From an uncultured virus (IMG/VR IMGVR_UViG_3300037067_023910) (lineage: Duplodnaviria > Heunggongvirae > Uroviricota > Caudoviricetes): DNA of 64,000 nt. The DNA is taken from IMG/VR virus record IMGVR_UViG_3300037067_023910. One strand, given 5' to 3'. Position 1 is the stretch's first letter. Each line of letters starts with the position of its first letter. Of the stretch, positions 1 through 7,782 are shown one piece after another. Position numbers and translations under genes: made by a program. The notes beneath the pieces are model-generated. The model saw only the letters and a program-made list of their open reading frames with translations, searched no databases and was not told where the DNA came from.

Positions 1-456
1 TTGTTGCCTGGAAATGGAGATCATTTTTTCCAACCTGCGGGCCGCTTTGGTCAAAGCTTGTTTCGCGTTCAAGTCCCTTTGCCCTTCATCAAATAAGAGG
101 ATGATAAATTTATATCGTTGTTTGATGCGGGTCAAATCCCGGAGACGGATAATATTAAACGCATGGGCGAAAAACCACGGGGGGGAATAGAGTTTTAATT
201 TGGCCATAAAACTGGCCGGGGCATTGAAAAAGACGATCGCACACCCAAATTTCGCCAGGACCCCAAAAAAAAGCATGATTTCCTTAAACATTTGGGCCGT
301 TTTCCCCGAGCCCCGCCCTCCAAGGTTTAAGATGACCAATGAAGGGAGGTTGGCTAACCGGGCGACCATTTGGAGAAAGATCCCCGACATATTGCTTAAG
401 GTCGGTTTAGGCGACCCATACATCGCCTTTAATAAGTCACCGCCCCCTCCCCACAT
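1..456 (-). CDS. P-loop ATPase, Zot/pI/FtsK-HerA-like morphogenesis or packaging ATPase (3'-truncated by window edge)
   Basis: Manual translation from ATG at 456 (TAATG overlap with upstream stop), open to base 1: MWGGGGDLLK...VILNLGGRGSGKT (Walker A, nt 298-321)...IILLFDEGQRDLNAK (Walker B)...ISISRQ; absent from the ORF track. Confidence 0.85.
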   Translation of the reverse strand, partial: MWGGGGDLLKAMYGSPKPTLSNMSGIFLQMVARLANLPSLVILNLGGRGSGKTAQMFKEIMLFFGVLAKFGCAIVFFNAPASFMAKLKLYSPPWFFAHAFNIIRLRDLTRIKQRYKFIILLFDEGQRDLNAKQALTKAARRLEKMISISRQQ

Positions 457-935
457 TAAATTTCATCTCCTTCTTTTCTTCCGGTTTTCATAAACGACTG
501 CATTAATTGTGACACGAAGAGGTTGTCTTGGAGGACGGTCGTTTTCCCCGTCGCTTCAAGGATTGTGATGTCCAAAATTTCTTGTTTTCGCCCGAAATAT
601 TGACACAATGCGGCATTGACGGCTTTTTTAAAATTCCGAATACACAACCGCATACACCCCCGGTGGGGGCCATATTTTTTCGAACATTCATTAATGATAT
701 CGTCAAGGGCCTGTTGAAGTGGGGAAATCCCTTTTGACATTAACGCGGTGTGGGCTAATAAGTCTTGAAACATCGACAATTGGGAAATCGAGTCTACTCG
801 GGCCGGTTCATATTGCAGTTTGGGTAAGAGGGCTGAAATATATTCAAATTGCTTTTTGGTAATGTCTTGGTTCGTGATTAAGAGATTGACCCCGGCGATG
901 TTCTTAATGTCTTGATTATCATTCCCACCGCCCAT
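456..935 (-). CDS. Hypothetical soluble protein in morphogenesis operon
   Basis: 159-aa ORF translationally coupled to both neighbours. Confidence 0.7.
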   Translation of the reverse strand: MGGGNDNQDIKNIAGVNLLITNQDITKKQFEYISALLPKLQYEPARVDSISQLSMFQDLLAHTALMSKGISPLQQALDDIINECSKKYGPHRGCMRLCIRNFKKAVNAALCQYFGRKQEILDITILEATGKTTVLQDNLFVSQLMQSFMKTGRKEGDEI

Positions 936-936
936 C

Positions 937-1950
937 TTATGGCCCCCTTAAGAAGGTTCGGACCCATGTCCAAAGGGTCGTAATGATAGACATGGTAGTG
1001 GTAGTGGTAGTGGTGGTGGTGGTGTCATCGACCGAGGTTTTCATAAATTGGCCTTTAATGAAAATCCCCAGCACAAATAAGGCAACAAACCACCCGACCA
1101 TCAAGAGGAGAAACTGCCAAATTTTGAGGTTGATCCGGGGTTCTAAATTCGCAAGGGTCGCTTTTTGCCGTTCCATCATTTCCGTAATACCGGTATTGAC
1201 TTGCATGACTTGTTCTTGGAGGTCGCCTTCGAGGTCTTCTTTGGCTTCTTCAAATTTCGCGGCCATGTGTTTGGCCGTAGCGACTTCCCCTTTGGCCAAG
1301 AGGTGGTCAGCTTGCATGTCGACAATGATCCGCTCCAAGACTTCTTCATGAAGTATGCGTAAATCATCAGCTGATAAAGTGGCTTTACTTTCAATGATAG
1401 TGTCTAAAAAGGGGGCCACATCAGCATATGTAAACACGGACACAAAACACGGGACCATCTCCCCATCAAATGGAATATCCCGCATTTTGGCGAACCAAGT
1501 TTTCGCGGCGTCCCCCATCCGTGACACCCCATCAGGGAGGCTGACCCGGAAAGAAAACGACACGAATTCTTTGGAATATTCCCGCCGAGTGACCACTATA
1601 TACCGGGTAAACGGTTCTTCATCACCGTGGGCAAAGGGGACGGGCATTTGAATGATATAGGCCCGATAGTCTTTTAAGTCCATTTTACTGGACTCGGGGA
1701 TTTGAAGGACAATATATCGATCTTGATAATTTTCAGGGGCCGTTTGAAGGCCTTTGACTTCTTCGATTAAATCTTGAACGGCTGTCTCTAAGAAGTCCAC
1801 ATATTCCGCTTCATCGGTCGCGGCCACAGGTTTATCGCTCTCGCCTAAGAGTTTCTGCATGAAAAACTCATTTCGCCGTTGTTGTTTTTTGGTCAAGGCG
1901 ACCGTTGGGGGGAGCGGGGGATTAGGGGGTGTGTTTGTCATTAGGGTCAT
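937..1950 (-). CDS. Membrane-anchored coiled-coil protein with poly-Thr linker
   Basis: Coiled coil (AKFEEAKEDLEGDLQEQV), TM IWQFLLLMVGWFVALFVLGIFI, Thr run, amphipathic C-terminus. Confidence 0.75.
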   Translation of the reverse strand: MTLMTNTPPNPPLPPTVALTKKQQRRNEFFMQKLLGESDKPVAATDEAEYVDFLETAVQDLIEEVKGLQTAPENYQDRYIVLQIPESSKMDLKDYRAYIIQMPVPFAHGDEEPFTRYIVVTRREYSKEFVSFSFRVSLPDGVSRMGDAAKTWFAKMRDIPFDGEMVPCFVSVFTYADVAPFLDTIIESKATLSADDLRILHEEVLERIIVDMQADHLLAKGEVATAKHMAAKFEEAKEDLEGDLQEQVMQVNTGITEMMERQKATLANLEPRINLKIWQFLLLMVGWFVALFVLGIFIKGQFMKTSVDDTTTTTTTTTTMSIITTLWTWVRTFLRGP

Positions 1951-2836
1951 CTCCAGTAGAAGGGGGGGCCGCGGGAGCGGTCGAATTGGAAATAATTGAA
2001 GTCGCTGTTTTTTTTGGCTTCTTTTTCTCTTTTACGTCTGGTCCTGGTGTCTCCGGTCCTGGTGTTTCTGGGATGGACGCTGGGGGCAAGATTATATTTG
2101 TGGGGAGGGGCGAAACGGGTGTTATTGGTTCTTCCGGTCCTTCATTGATCTCGGGTTCTTTCGCCTCATTTTCCATCGGAAGGTTATCTTCAGTGGGGAC
2201 CTCCGGTAGAGGAATGGGGGTGGAAGTGGTGATTATTGGGGGAAATATAACGGGGGCGGAAGGGGGTTGTTGTTGTTGAACATTCCCCTCTATTTGTAGT
2301 GGCTCTGGGGGAAGTTGTTGCACCATAAATGAATTGCTATTATTATTGCTGGGGATGGTCAGTGGGGCCGGAAGGGTCAACGGAGGTAAATTTAATCGGG
2401 CCCGCTGTTCATTCTGATGTTTGTGGAGGGCGGCTAAAATAAGGTCGGGGTCACGTAGATCGTGGCGTTTTTCCAAGACCAATACTAATTCATTTCGATA
2501 CCCCGTTGTATAGGGGATGATCGCCGCGGCGTCCGTAAAGAGCGGGATGGCGACTTTATCGATGATGGGGTAGGTATAGGTCCCCAAGTGTTCTTTATCA
2601 AGCATGGTAAACGATTCGTGATACGTTTCCCCTTCATGGCTTTTGAGGCCTTCATTTTCTTGGCGTAAATTATAGTTCGTGAGGCCTAAAAAGACGAAAA
2701 ACCACACGATAGCGAGCCAGTAAAAGGCAATAAATGGGACCAATAAAATGGAAAATAACATGATAAAGGCCATGGCATTGGTCTGGCCATAGGGCCCCGA
2801 AAATGTAAAGGTCCACCAGTCTCGTAATGATGACAT
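1922..2836 (-). CDS. Membrane protein with Pro-rich disordered C-terminus
   Basis: N-terminal long hydrophobic segment; P/E/T-rich tail. Confidence 0.75.
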   Translation of the reverse strand: MSSLRDWWTFTFSGPYGQTNAMAFIMLFSILLVPFIAFYWLAIVWFFVFLGLTNYNLRQENEGLKSHEGETYHESFTMLDKEHLGTYTYPIIDKVAIPLFTDAAAIIPYTTGYRNELVLVLEKRHDLRDPDLILAALHKHQNEQRARLNLPPLTLPAPLTIPSNNNSNSFMVQQLPPEPLQIEGNVQQQQPPSAPVIFPPIITTSTPIPLPEVPTEDNLPMENEAKEPEINEGPEEPITPVSPLPTNIILPPASIPETPGPETPGPDVKEKKKPKKTATSIISNSTAPAAPPSTGDDPNDKHTP

Positions 2837-2929
2837 TTTTGATTGAAGTCTCCTGTTTGGTTTGTGTTTTGTTGGATTGAGAGAAGAAAAGGGTATAAAA
2901 GGGATAAAAAAAGAGAAAATCTAAGAGAA

Positions 2930-3229
2930 TTAAGGGTGTGGTTCTACGGGCGATTCTTGGGCCTCATAGTTTTCAAATTGTCTGAAGGGGTCAGTATAAT
3001 AATAAAGGCCAAATATCGCCCAAATTATTATGACCCAATAAAATGCAATATATAGGATCAATAACATTGAAAATTCCATGATAAAGGCCATACGATTATA
3101 TTTTGCATAGTAACCGTTAAATGTGAGATCCCACCATTCTAAAAATTTCGAGACGTGTGCAGTTTCGGTCATTAGTTCATAAACACCTCCTTTTTCCAAT
3201 TTTTTTGGAAGTTCATCAATGTGTCCCAA
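2930..3229 (-). CDS. Small membrane protein, paralogous to N-terminus of 1922..2836
   Basis: EWWDLTFNG..MAFIMEFSMLLILYIAFYW versus DWWTFTFSG..MAFIMLFSILLVPFIAFYW. Confidence 0.7.
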   Translation of the reverse strand: MGHIDELPKKLEKGGVYELMTETAHVSKFLEWWDLTFNGYYAKYNRMAFIMEFSMLLILYIAFYWVIIIWAIFGLYYYTDPFRQFENYEAQESPVEPHP

Positions 3230-3660
3230 TTTTTGGAAGTGACTTGATGGCCCCCCATTTTGGTATAAAATTTATTCTGTCGATGTTCGATGTCTTCGCT
3301 CCAAAACCAAGCACCCATGGCAAAAAAGAAGGGGAAACACTTTGCCGTCTTAAACGGGCCGCAATAATGTTTATCATGATAAGAAATCTGCCATTCAGAC
3401 CGGACATTGATACAAGTAAATTCACAGAGAAAAAAAGTATCAAGAAGCCCGACAAAAGTTTCAAAACTCATATCTGGGCGCCAAAAATTTCCCACACATA
3501 ACTCAATATAACAAGGGGATAAAGGCTCTTTTGTATATGCGGTAAAAGCTGCGGGGACCTTTTTTGACCGACGGTGTCTTAATCGCTTTGTGGTGACATA
3601 GACGGGAATTTGGTAACCTTGGTCAATTTCTCGGGCACGGGAAGGCAAAACGTCTATCAT
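3172..3660 (-). CDS. Hypothetical protein
   Basis: 162-aa ORF with ATGA overlap to 3657..3962. Confidence 0.6.
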   Translation of the reverse strand: MIDVLPSRAREIDQGYQIPVYVTTKRLRHRRSKKVPAAFTAYTKEPLSPCYIELCVGNFWRPDMSFETFVGLLDTFFLCEFTCINVRSEWQISYHDKHYCGPFKTAKCFPFFFAMGAWFWSEDIEHRQNKFYTKMGGHQVTSKNWDTLMNFQKNWKKEVFMN

Positions 3661-3962
3661 TTCTGGCCCCCCACACGGACGCGGTGGTTCTTAAAATAGG
3701 CATATAAGACCATCGAGACGGGGACCCAAAATGTGATCCCCGCGATCCAGACCATATATTGGACTGCTACAGGCACTCCCCACCAATAGACAATTTCGGG
3801 GAGGTTTACGGTCGTCCAGCCATAGAGAATTCCCACAAGCAAGATATAACACATCGTGAGGAACATCCAATAGCCGAACTCCATATTGTCAATTTTTTTC
3901 ACGGCCGCTAACGCCGATTTCGATTTTTTGGAAGGTTTGGACGTTGATTTTTTTTTAGCCAT
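3657..3962 (-). CDS. Small two-TM protein with basic N-terminus (candidate virion membrane or matrix protein)
   Basis: MAKKKSTSKPSKKSK followed by two hydrophobic helices; GGTGA RBS. Confidence 0.75.
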   Translation of the reverse strand: MAKKKSTSKPSKKSKSALAAVKKIDNMEFGYWMFLTMCYILLVGILYGWTTVNLPEIVYWWGVPVAVQYMVWIAGITFWVPVSMVLYAYFKNHRVRVGGQK

Positions 3963-3974
3963 AAGTTCACCTGG

Positions 3975-4277
3975 TTATTTTCGTTTCATAATTAAAGACA
4001 CTGACACCGGGATGCAGATCAAAATCACAATAAAGGCAATCAAACACCCTAAAAGACTCAAAGACCCAACAGTCCCAAAGGCCCCAATATCGCCCAACAG
4101 TTCCAATGGGTCTTCGGCGGTGTCCATGTTGGTGAGCATGGTCTTGATGGCTAAAATCTGGTTGACTAAATAGACCGCTGCAAAAACAGCAATGATCCCC
4201 ACGATAATCCCGGCGGTCGGGATCCCCGAAGGTCCGGGGTCGTGGGTAGACTGAATTCGAATAGTTTGTGGTTTCAT
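3975..4277 (-). CDS. Small two-TM hairpin protein (candidate spindle-virus-type capsid or membrane protein)
   Basis: 100 aa, two hydrophobic helices separated by an acidic loop, basic C-terminus KRK. Confidence 0.7.
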   Translation of the reverse strand: MKPQTIRIQSTHDPGPSGIPTAGIIVGIIAVFAAVYLVNQILAIKTMLTNMDTAEDPLELLGDIGAFGTVGSLSLLGCLIAFIVILICIPVSVSLIMKRK

Positions 4278-4588
4278 GGGTGGTTTTGTCTCCGGTTGTT
4301 AAAAAAAATATTTAAAATCGTGAGGCCAATAAAGATCCCGATAACGACGGTCAGAATAAACATCAACATGTTTTCAGCTGCGGTCATCGACTCAATATAG
4401 ACCAATTGGAGCCAAGGGCTGACCCCTGACCGTTCTCCGAAAAAAAGAATGACCATAAAAAAAAACCCGACTACCATCGCCGCCCCTAAATTCATTAAGA
4501 TTTGGCCGGGTTGTAGCTGGGCTTTTGTCCTTTCCCCAAAAGGTTGGGGAGTAAGGCCTTTTCGAGTGTGAGTTTGTTTTTTTGGCAT
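4274..4588 (-). CDS. Small two-TM protein with basic N-terminus
   Basis: 104 aa, two hydrophobic helices. Confidence 0.7.
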   Translation of the reverse strand: MPKKQTHTRKGLTPQPFGERTKAQLQPGQILMNLGAAMVVGFFFMVILFFGERSGVSPWLQLVYIESMTAAENMLMFILTVVIGIFIGLTILNIFFNNRRQNHP

Positions 4589-4593
4589 AGACT

Positions 4594-5232
4594 TTACGCT
4601 CCGATAGCCATTCTTGATGAGAGAGAATCACTGAGCAAGTAGATGAAGATTTTGATTAAGATGAGGACAATGACCAGTTCAATAAACTCGGACGAAAAGA
4701 GATAGAAAAGAAATTCATCAATACTCATAGCGGTAATATCTTCATACCGGGCCATAATAAAGCCATACAACCCAAAAAAGACAATACATGCATAGAGTAA
4801 ACTCCCGACTAAGGCACGGTTAAGTTCTTGGCCCGTCTTGATAATTCCTTCCCAGTAAGCCACAAAACTTCGGGCAATTAGACTCCCCAACACCCCGACC
4901 ATAAGGGACGTCACAAAAATCAAAAAGAATTGCATAAACCCCCGCTCATATTCCACCAGAATAAACCCCATATAAATGATCAAGAAGGTGATTGTGGCGA
5001 AGATTGATTTTAAGACATAATACCCAAACGTTGGCCGTGGGGGAGTCTTATATTTAATGATTTCTTCTTGTTCTTTCGGTATCGGCTGTATAGGCTGGGC
5101 ATGGGTGGGAAGGTCTGCTGTTTTTGCATTTTCATTGGCGTCTTTTCTCCCAGCTCGATGTTTAAAAATTGATTTCCTTTTCTTTGGTTCTTTTGGTTTC
5201 TTTGGTTCTACGTTCACATAAACTAACCGCAT
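4594..5232 (-). CDS. Multi-pass (about 4 TM) membrane protein
   Basis: Likely start MRLVYV at 5232 (TAATG overlap); Lys-rich N-terminus then four hydrophobic helices. Confidence 0.75.
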   Translation of the reverse strand: MRLVYVNVEPKKPKEPKKRKSIFKHRAGRKDANENAKTADLPTHAQPIQPIPKEQEEIIKYKTPPRPTFGYYVLKSIFATITFLIIYMGFILVEYERGFMQFFLIFVTSLMVGVLGSLIARSFVAYWEGIIKTGQELNRALVGSLLYACIVFFGLYGFIMARYEDITAMSIDEFLFYLFSSEFIELVIVLILIKIFIYLLSDSLSSRMAIGA

Positions 5233-5744
5233 TATACTTGACCTCCAAATAGTTGTAAAAAAATGGTATAAAATAACATAAAACTGATGTCGGTACAGAC
5301 CCAAAAACTCATAACTGACGCATGGAGATAAGCCGCATAGGTCGTGATGATTTGGGGCAAGGCGAAGAGATATAAATACCCCCGTTCCAGAATACTCCCA
5401 AAAAAAGAAGTCGATGTCGGGACGGGGATAATCGTTGGATATTCATCGATGATCCGTAAATATGCAACCACAAACCAAAAGCCGAGGTTGACCACTAAGC
5501 CAAAGACCGCTGCATAAAAAATCCGCATCGTTAATTTGCGGTCGGCCATGGCAAAGATCGTAAATAACCGGCTTAATGTCGAAATTAAAAACCCCCCAAA
5601 GATAATGAGGGTCAGGAGGTTTTCGGTCTCCTTTATGACTGTTTCAGTCAAGACCTCTTGAAAGACCCTTTGGACCATGTAAAAAATTAATGTGGAGATG
5701 GCCAAACTAGCTATTAAATATTTTACCAAGTCGTTTAATTTCAT
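5232..5744 (-). CDS. Multi-pass membrane protein
   Basis: Likely start MKLNDL at 5744; 4-5 hydrophobic segments. Confidence 0.75.
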   Translation of the reverse strand: MKLNDLVKYLIASLAISTLIFYMVQRVFQEVLTETVIKETENLLTLIIFGGFLISTLSRLFTIFAMADRKLTMRIFYAAVFGLVVNLGFWFVVAYLRIIDEYPTIIPVPTSTSFFGSILERGYLYLFALPQIITTYAAYLHASVMSFWVCTDISFMLFYTIFLQLFGGQV

Positions 5745-5784
5745 TGCAGTCTTTCCAGGGGTTTTGTTTTTCTTTATAGTGGAC

Positions 5785-5898
5785 TTAAATTCCAGGGGGG
5801 GGATAAAAAAAACTGTGGGATTTGATCGCAAAGTAGCCCAAGACCCCACAGATACCACAGACGACACTTAACCAGAAGAGTTTAAACCAGGTTTTCAT
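5785..5898 (-). CDS. 37-aa single-TM microprotein (below ORF-track cutoff)
   Basis: MKTWFKLFWLSVVCGICGVLGYFAIKSHSFFYPPPGI*, preceded by AAGGAG RBS, fills a gap in the operon. Confidence 0.6.
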   Translation of the reverse strand: MKTWFKLFWLSVVCGICGVLGYFAIKSHSFFYPPPGI

Positions 5899-5925
5899 TG
5901 TGTTTGGCTCCTTCTATACCCGGAT

Positions 5926-6957
5926 TTAACTCCGTTGATTAGTGACCCGCACCCGTCGAGTTTGGGGTAAGGGCCGCTTGGTCGTGCTTAAGTTGATGGT
6001 AATAAGGACAAGAATGATGGCAGTAATGACTCCAAAAAGCCAATATCGGTTATTTCCGGTATTATACCAGGACGTCTGGGTGGTGGTCGTGGTGGTATTG
6101 GTAGTATCACGGTGCAAAGGGCTCCCCGATCCCCCATTGCCCCCAGTATTCCCGGCGGTCGTGGTGGTCGTGTCGACCACACAATCGCCCATCCCGGTAT
6201 AGATCAAATAGACGGCGACATCAAAACCCGACCCGTCTTCGAAATTATTCTCTATTTTACCCGATTCATCACACCATTCGGGCACGAAGTCCCCATACAC
6301 GGCTTCAGCGGCCATGGTATAAGCCCAAGCAAACCCGGCATCGGCATCTATGGCGGTGACCATATATGCGTCCGAAACATTACAATAAATTGACGAATCG
6401 TTTAAAAAGCCGAGAGATCCCGCTTCATTGGGTTCAAGTAAGCCACTGTCTACAAAACCATAATTTCGCTCAATGAGGTCTTGGTATTCAATAAACCATG
6501 TGCAAGAATAGTTCTCATTCGTTGCGGAATTTAATGACATCAACACGACCGTGCAATTCTCGGTGATTATGTCGGTCGGGAAGATGTAGAGCAAATAATA
6601 TGCGGTAATAAACCCGGCTAAATACCATGGCTCCTGTTCCGTCTTGGTGCCTTCTAAAAATTCGGTCGCATTTCCAACGAGGGTTAAAGTCCAGTTATAA
6701 AGGGTTTCCCCTTCCCATTGTTGTAATAAGGACGAATTGATGTCGATATAGGCCCAATTGGTCTGGTTTTCGGCGGCTAATAACGACCCTTCCAAGAGGT
6801 CATAAATATCCTCGGTCGTATCGAATTGTTCGACCCCGAGTTCGGTGGCAAAGGTTATGGCCCCCACTGGTCGGACTAACAGTCCGACCAAGCAACAGAC
6901 CAGCCCTGCAATTTTGATCCCGCGGTATCTATTTGTGTTCATGTTCATAGTGTTCAC
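5926..6957 (-). CDS. Secreted acidic glycoprotein with Thr-rich linker and C-terminal membrane anchor
   Basis: Signal-like N-terminus, many N-x-S/T sequons, two Thr runs, TM YWLFGVITAIILVLITI, basic tail. Confidence 0.8.
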   Translation of the reverse strand: MNTMNMNTNRYRGIKIAGLVCCLVGLLVRPVGAITFATELGVEQFDTTEDIYDLLEGSLLAAENQTNWAYIDINSSLLQQWEGETLYNWTLTLVGNATEFLEGTKTEQEPWYLAGFITAYYLLYIFPTDIITENCTVVLMSLNSATNENYSCTWFIEYQDLIERNYGFVDSGLLEPNEAGSLGFLNDSSIYCNVSDAYMVTAIDADAGFAWAYTMAAEAVYGDFVPEWCDESGKIENNFEDGSGFDVAVYLIYTGMGDCVVDTTTTTAGNTGGNGGSGSPLHRDTTNTTTTTTQTSWYNTGNNRYWLFGVITAIILVLITINLSTTKRPLPQTRRVRVTNQRS

Positions 6958-7773
6958 TTATGATCGTTTTTTAGGCGTAATATTTGAAAAAATGGCAAAA
7001 ATGGCCAACGCCGCAATTCCTAAGACCCAATAGGGGTTATTCGACGCTTGGACCGCAAAGATGTTTAAGACGAAGTGGGCTAAAATATTGGCCGTAGGGT
7101 CCCGCCACCAGACATAAAAGATCCCTAAAATAACCCCCCCTAATGCAACGGAAATCAGCATGGCCGGGTTATTGTAATAATTCTGATGGAGGGCGGTAAA
7201 GAACACGGCTTGAATAAGAATAAACGGGGCCATTTTCCCCACTACACGCCATTTTAACCCATAATATTCTTGGGAAGCCCCCTTCGTTTCCGCTTCATAC
7301 CAAAGTTGGTCAGCTTGGGGCACAAATTTAAAAGCAAAAGTCAAAATCAAGACGCGGAAAAAGACTTCTTCACAAACGGCCCCAAACTCAAAATAAAGGG
7401 CTTGTTCAGTGGTCGAAAAGGTCAACGCTGCTTGAGAAATGAGTTGGGTCGCCATGGACGCCGCTAAAATTATCGCCGCCCGGAGGGCTGTATTCAATTC
7501 AAAAGGCCGTAATTGGTCGAAACTGGGCAAAAAGGGTTGGTGGATCAAAGTTTGGGTGCCCCACCACCCGATAAGGGCAAACATCCCCAACATGAAGGCA
7601 TAATTGGCCCATTCCCGGTCTGTGGGGATGTTGAAATGGACACTAAAAATGACTACCATAATGCCCGCTGCTAATAACACAAGCCCTTGGGCCACTCGCG
7701 TAAAAAGTGGGCGTTGGCTTTGGCTTAGACGACTTTTCAGTTTAAGTGTTTGATTTTTTTGATATTGTGGCAT
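6958..7773 (-). CDS. CPBP (Abi / CAAX type II) intramembrane glutamic protease
   Basis: Motifs EEVFFR, FFTALH and ILAHFVLN in a multi-TM protein. Confidence 0.9.
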   Translation of the reverse strand: MPQYQKNQTLKLKSRLSQSQRPLFTRVAQGLVLLAAGIMVVIFSVHFNIPTDREWANYAFMLGMFALIGWWGTQTLIHQPFLPSFDQLRPFELNTALRAAIILAASMATQLISQAALTFSTTEQALYFEFGAVCEEVFFRVLILTFAFKFVPQADQLWYEAETKGASQEYYGLKWRVVGKMAPFILIQAVFFTALHQNYYNNPAMLISVALGGVILGIFYVWWRDPTANILAHFVLNIFAVQASNNPYWVLGIAALAIFAIFSNITPKKRS

Positions 7774-7782
7774 CGTTGAGTT

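Noticed and set aside
992..1024. GTG/GTA trinucleotide run as a regulatory microsatellite
   Set aside because: It encodes a poly-Thr linker with mixed codons, as also seen near 6075-6175
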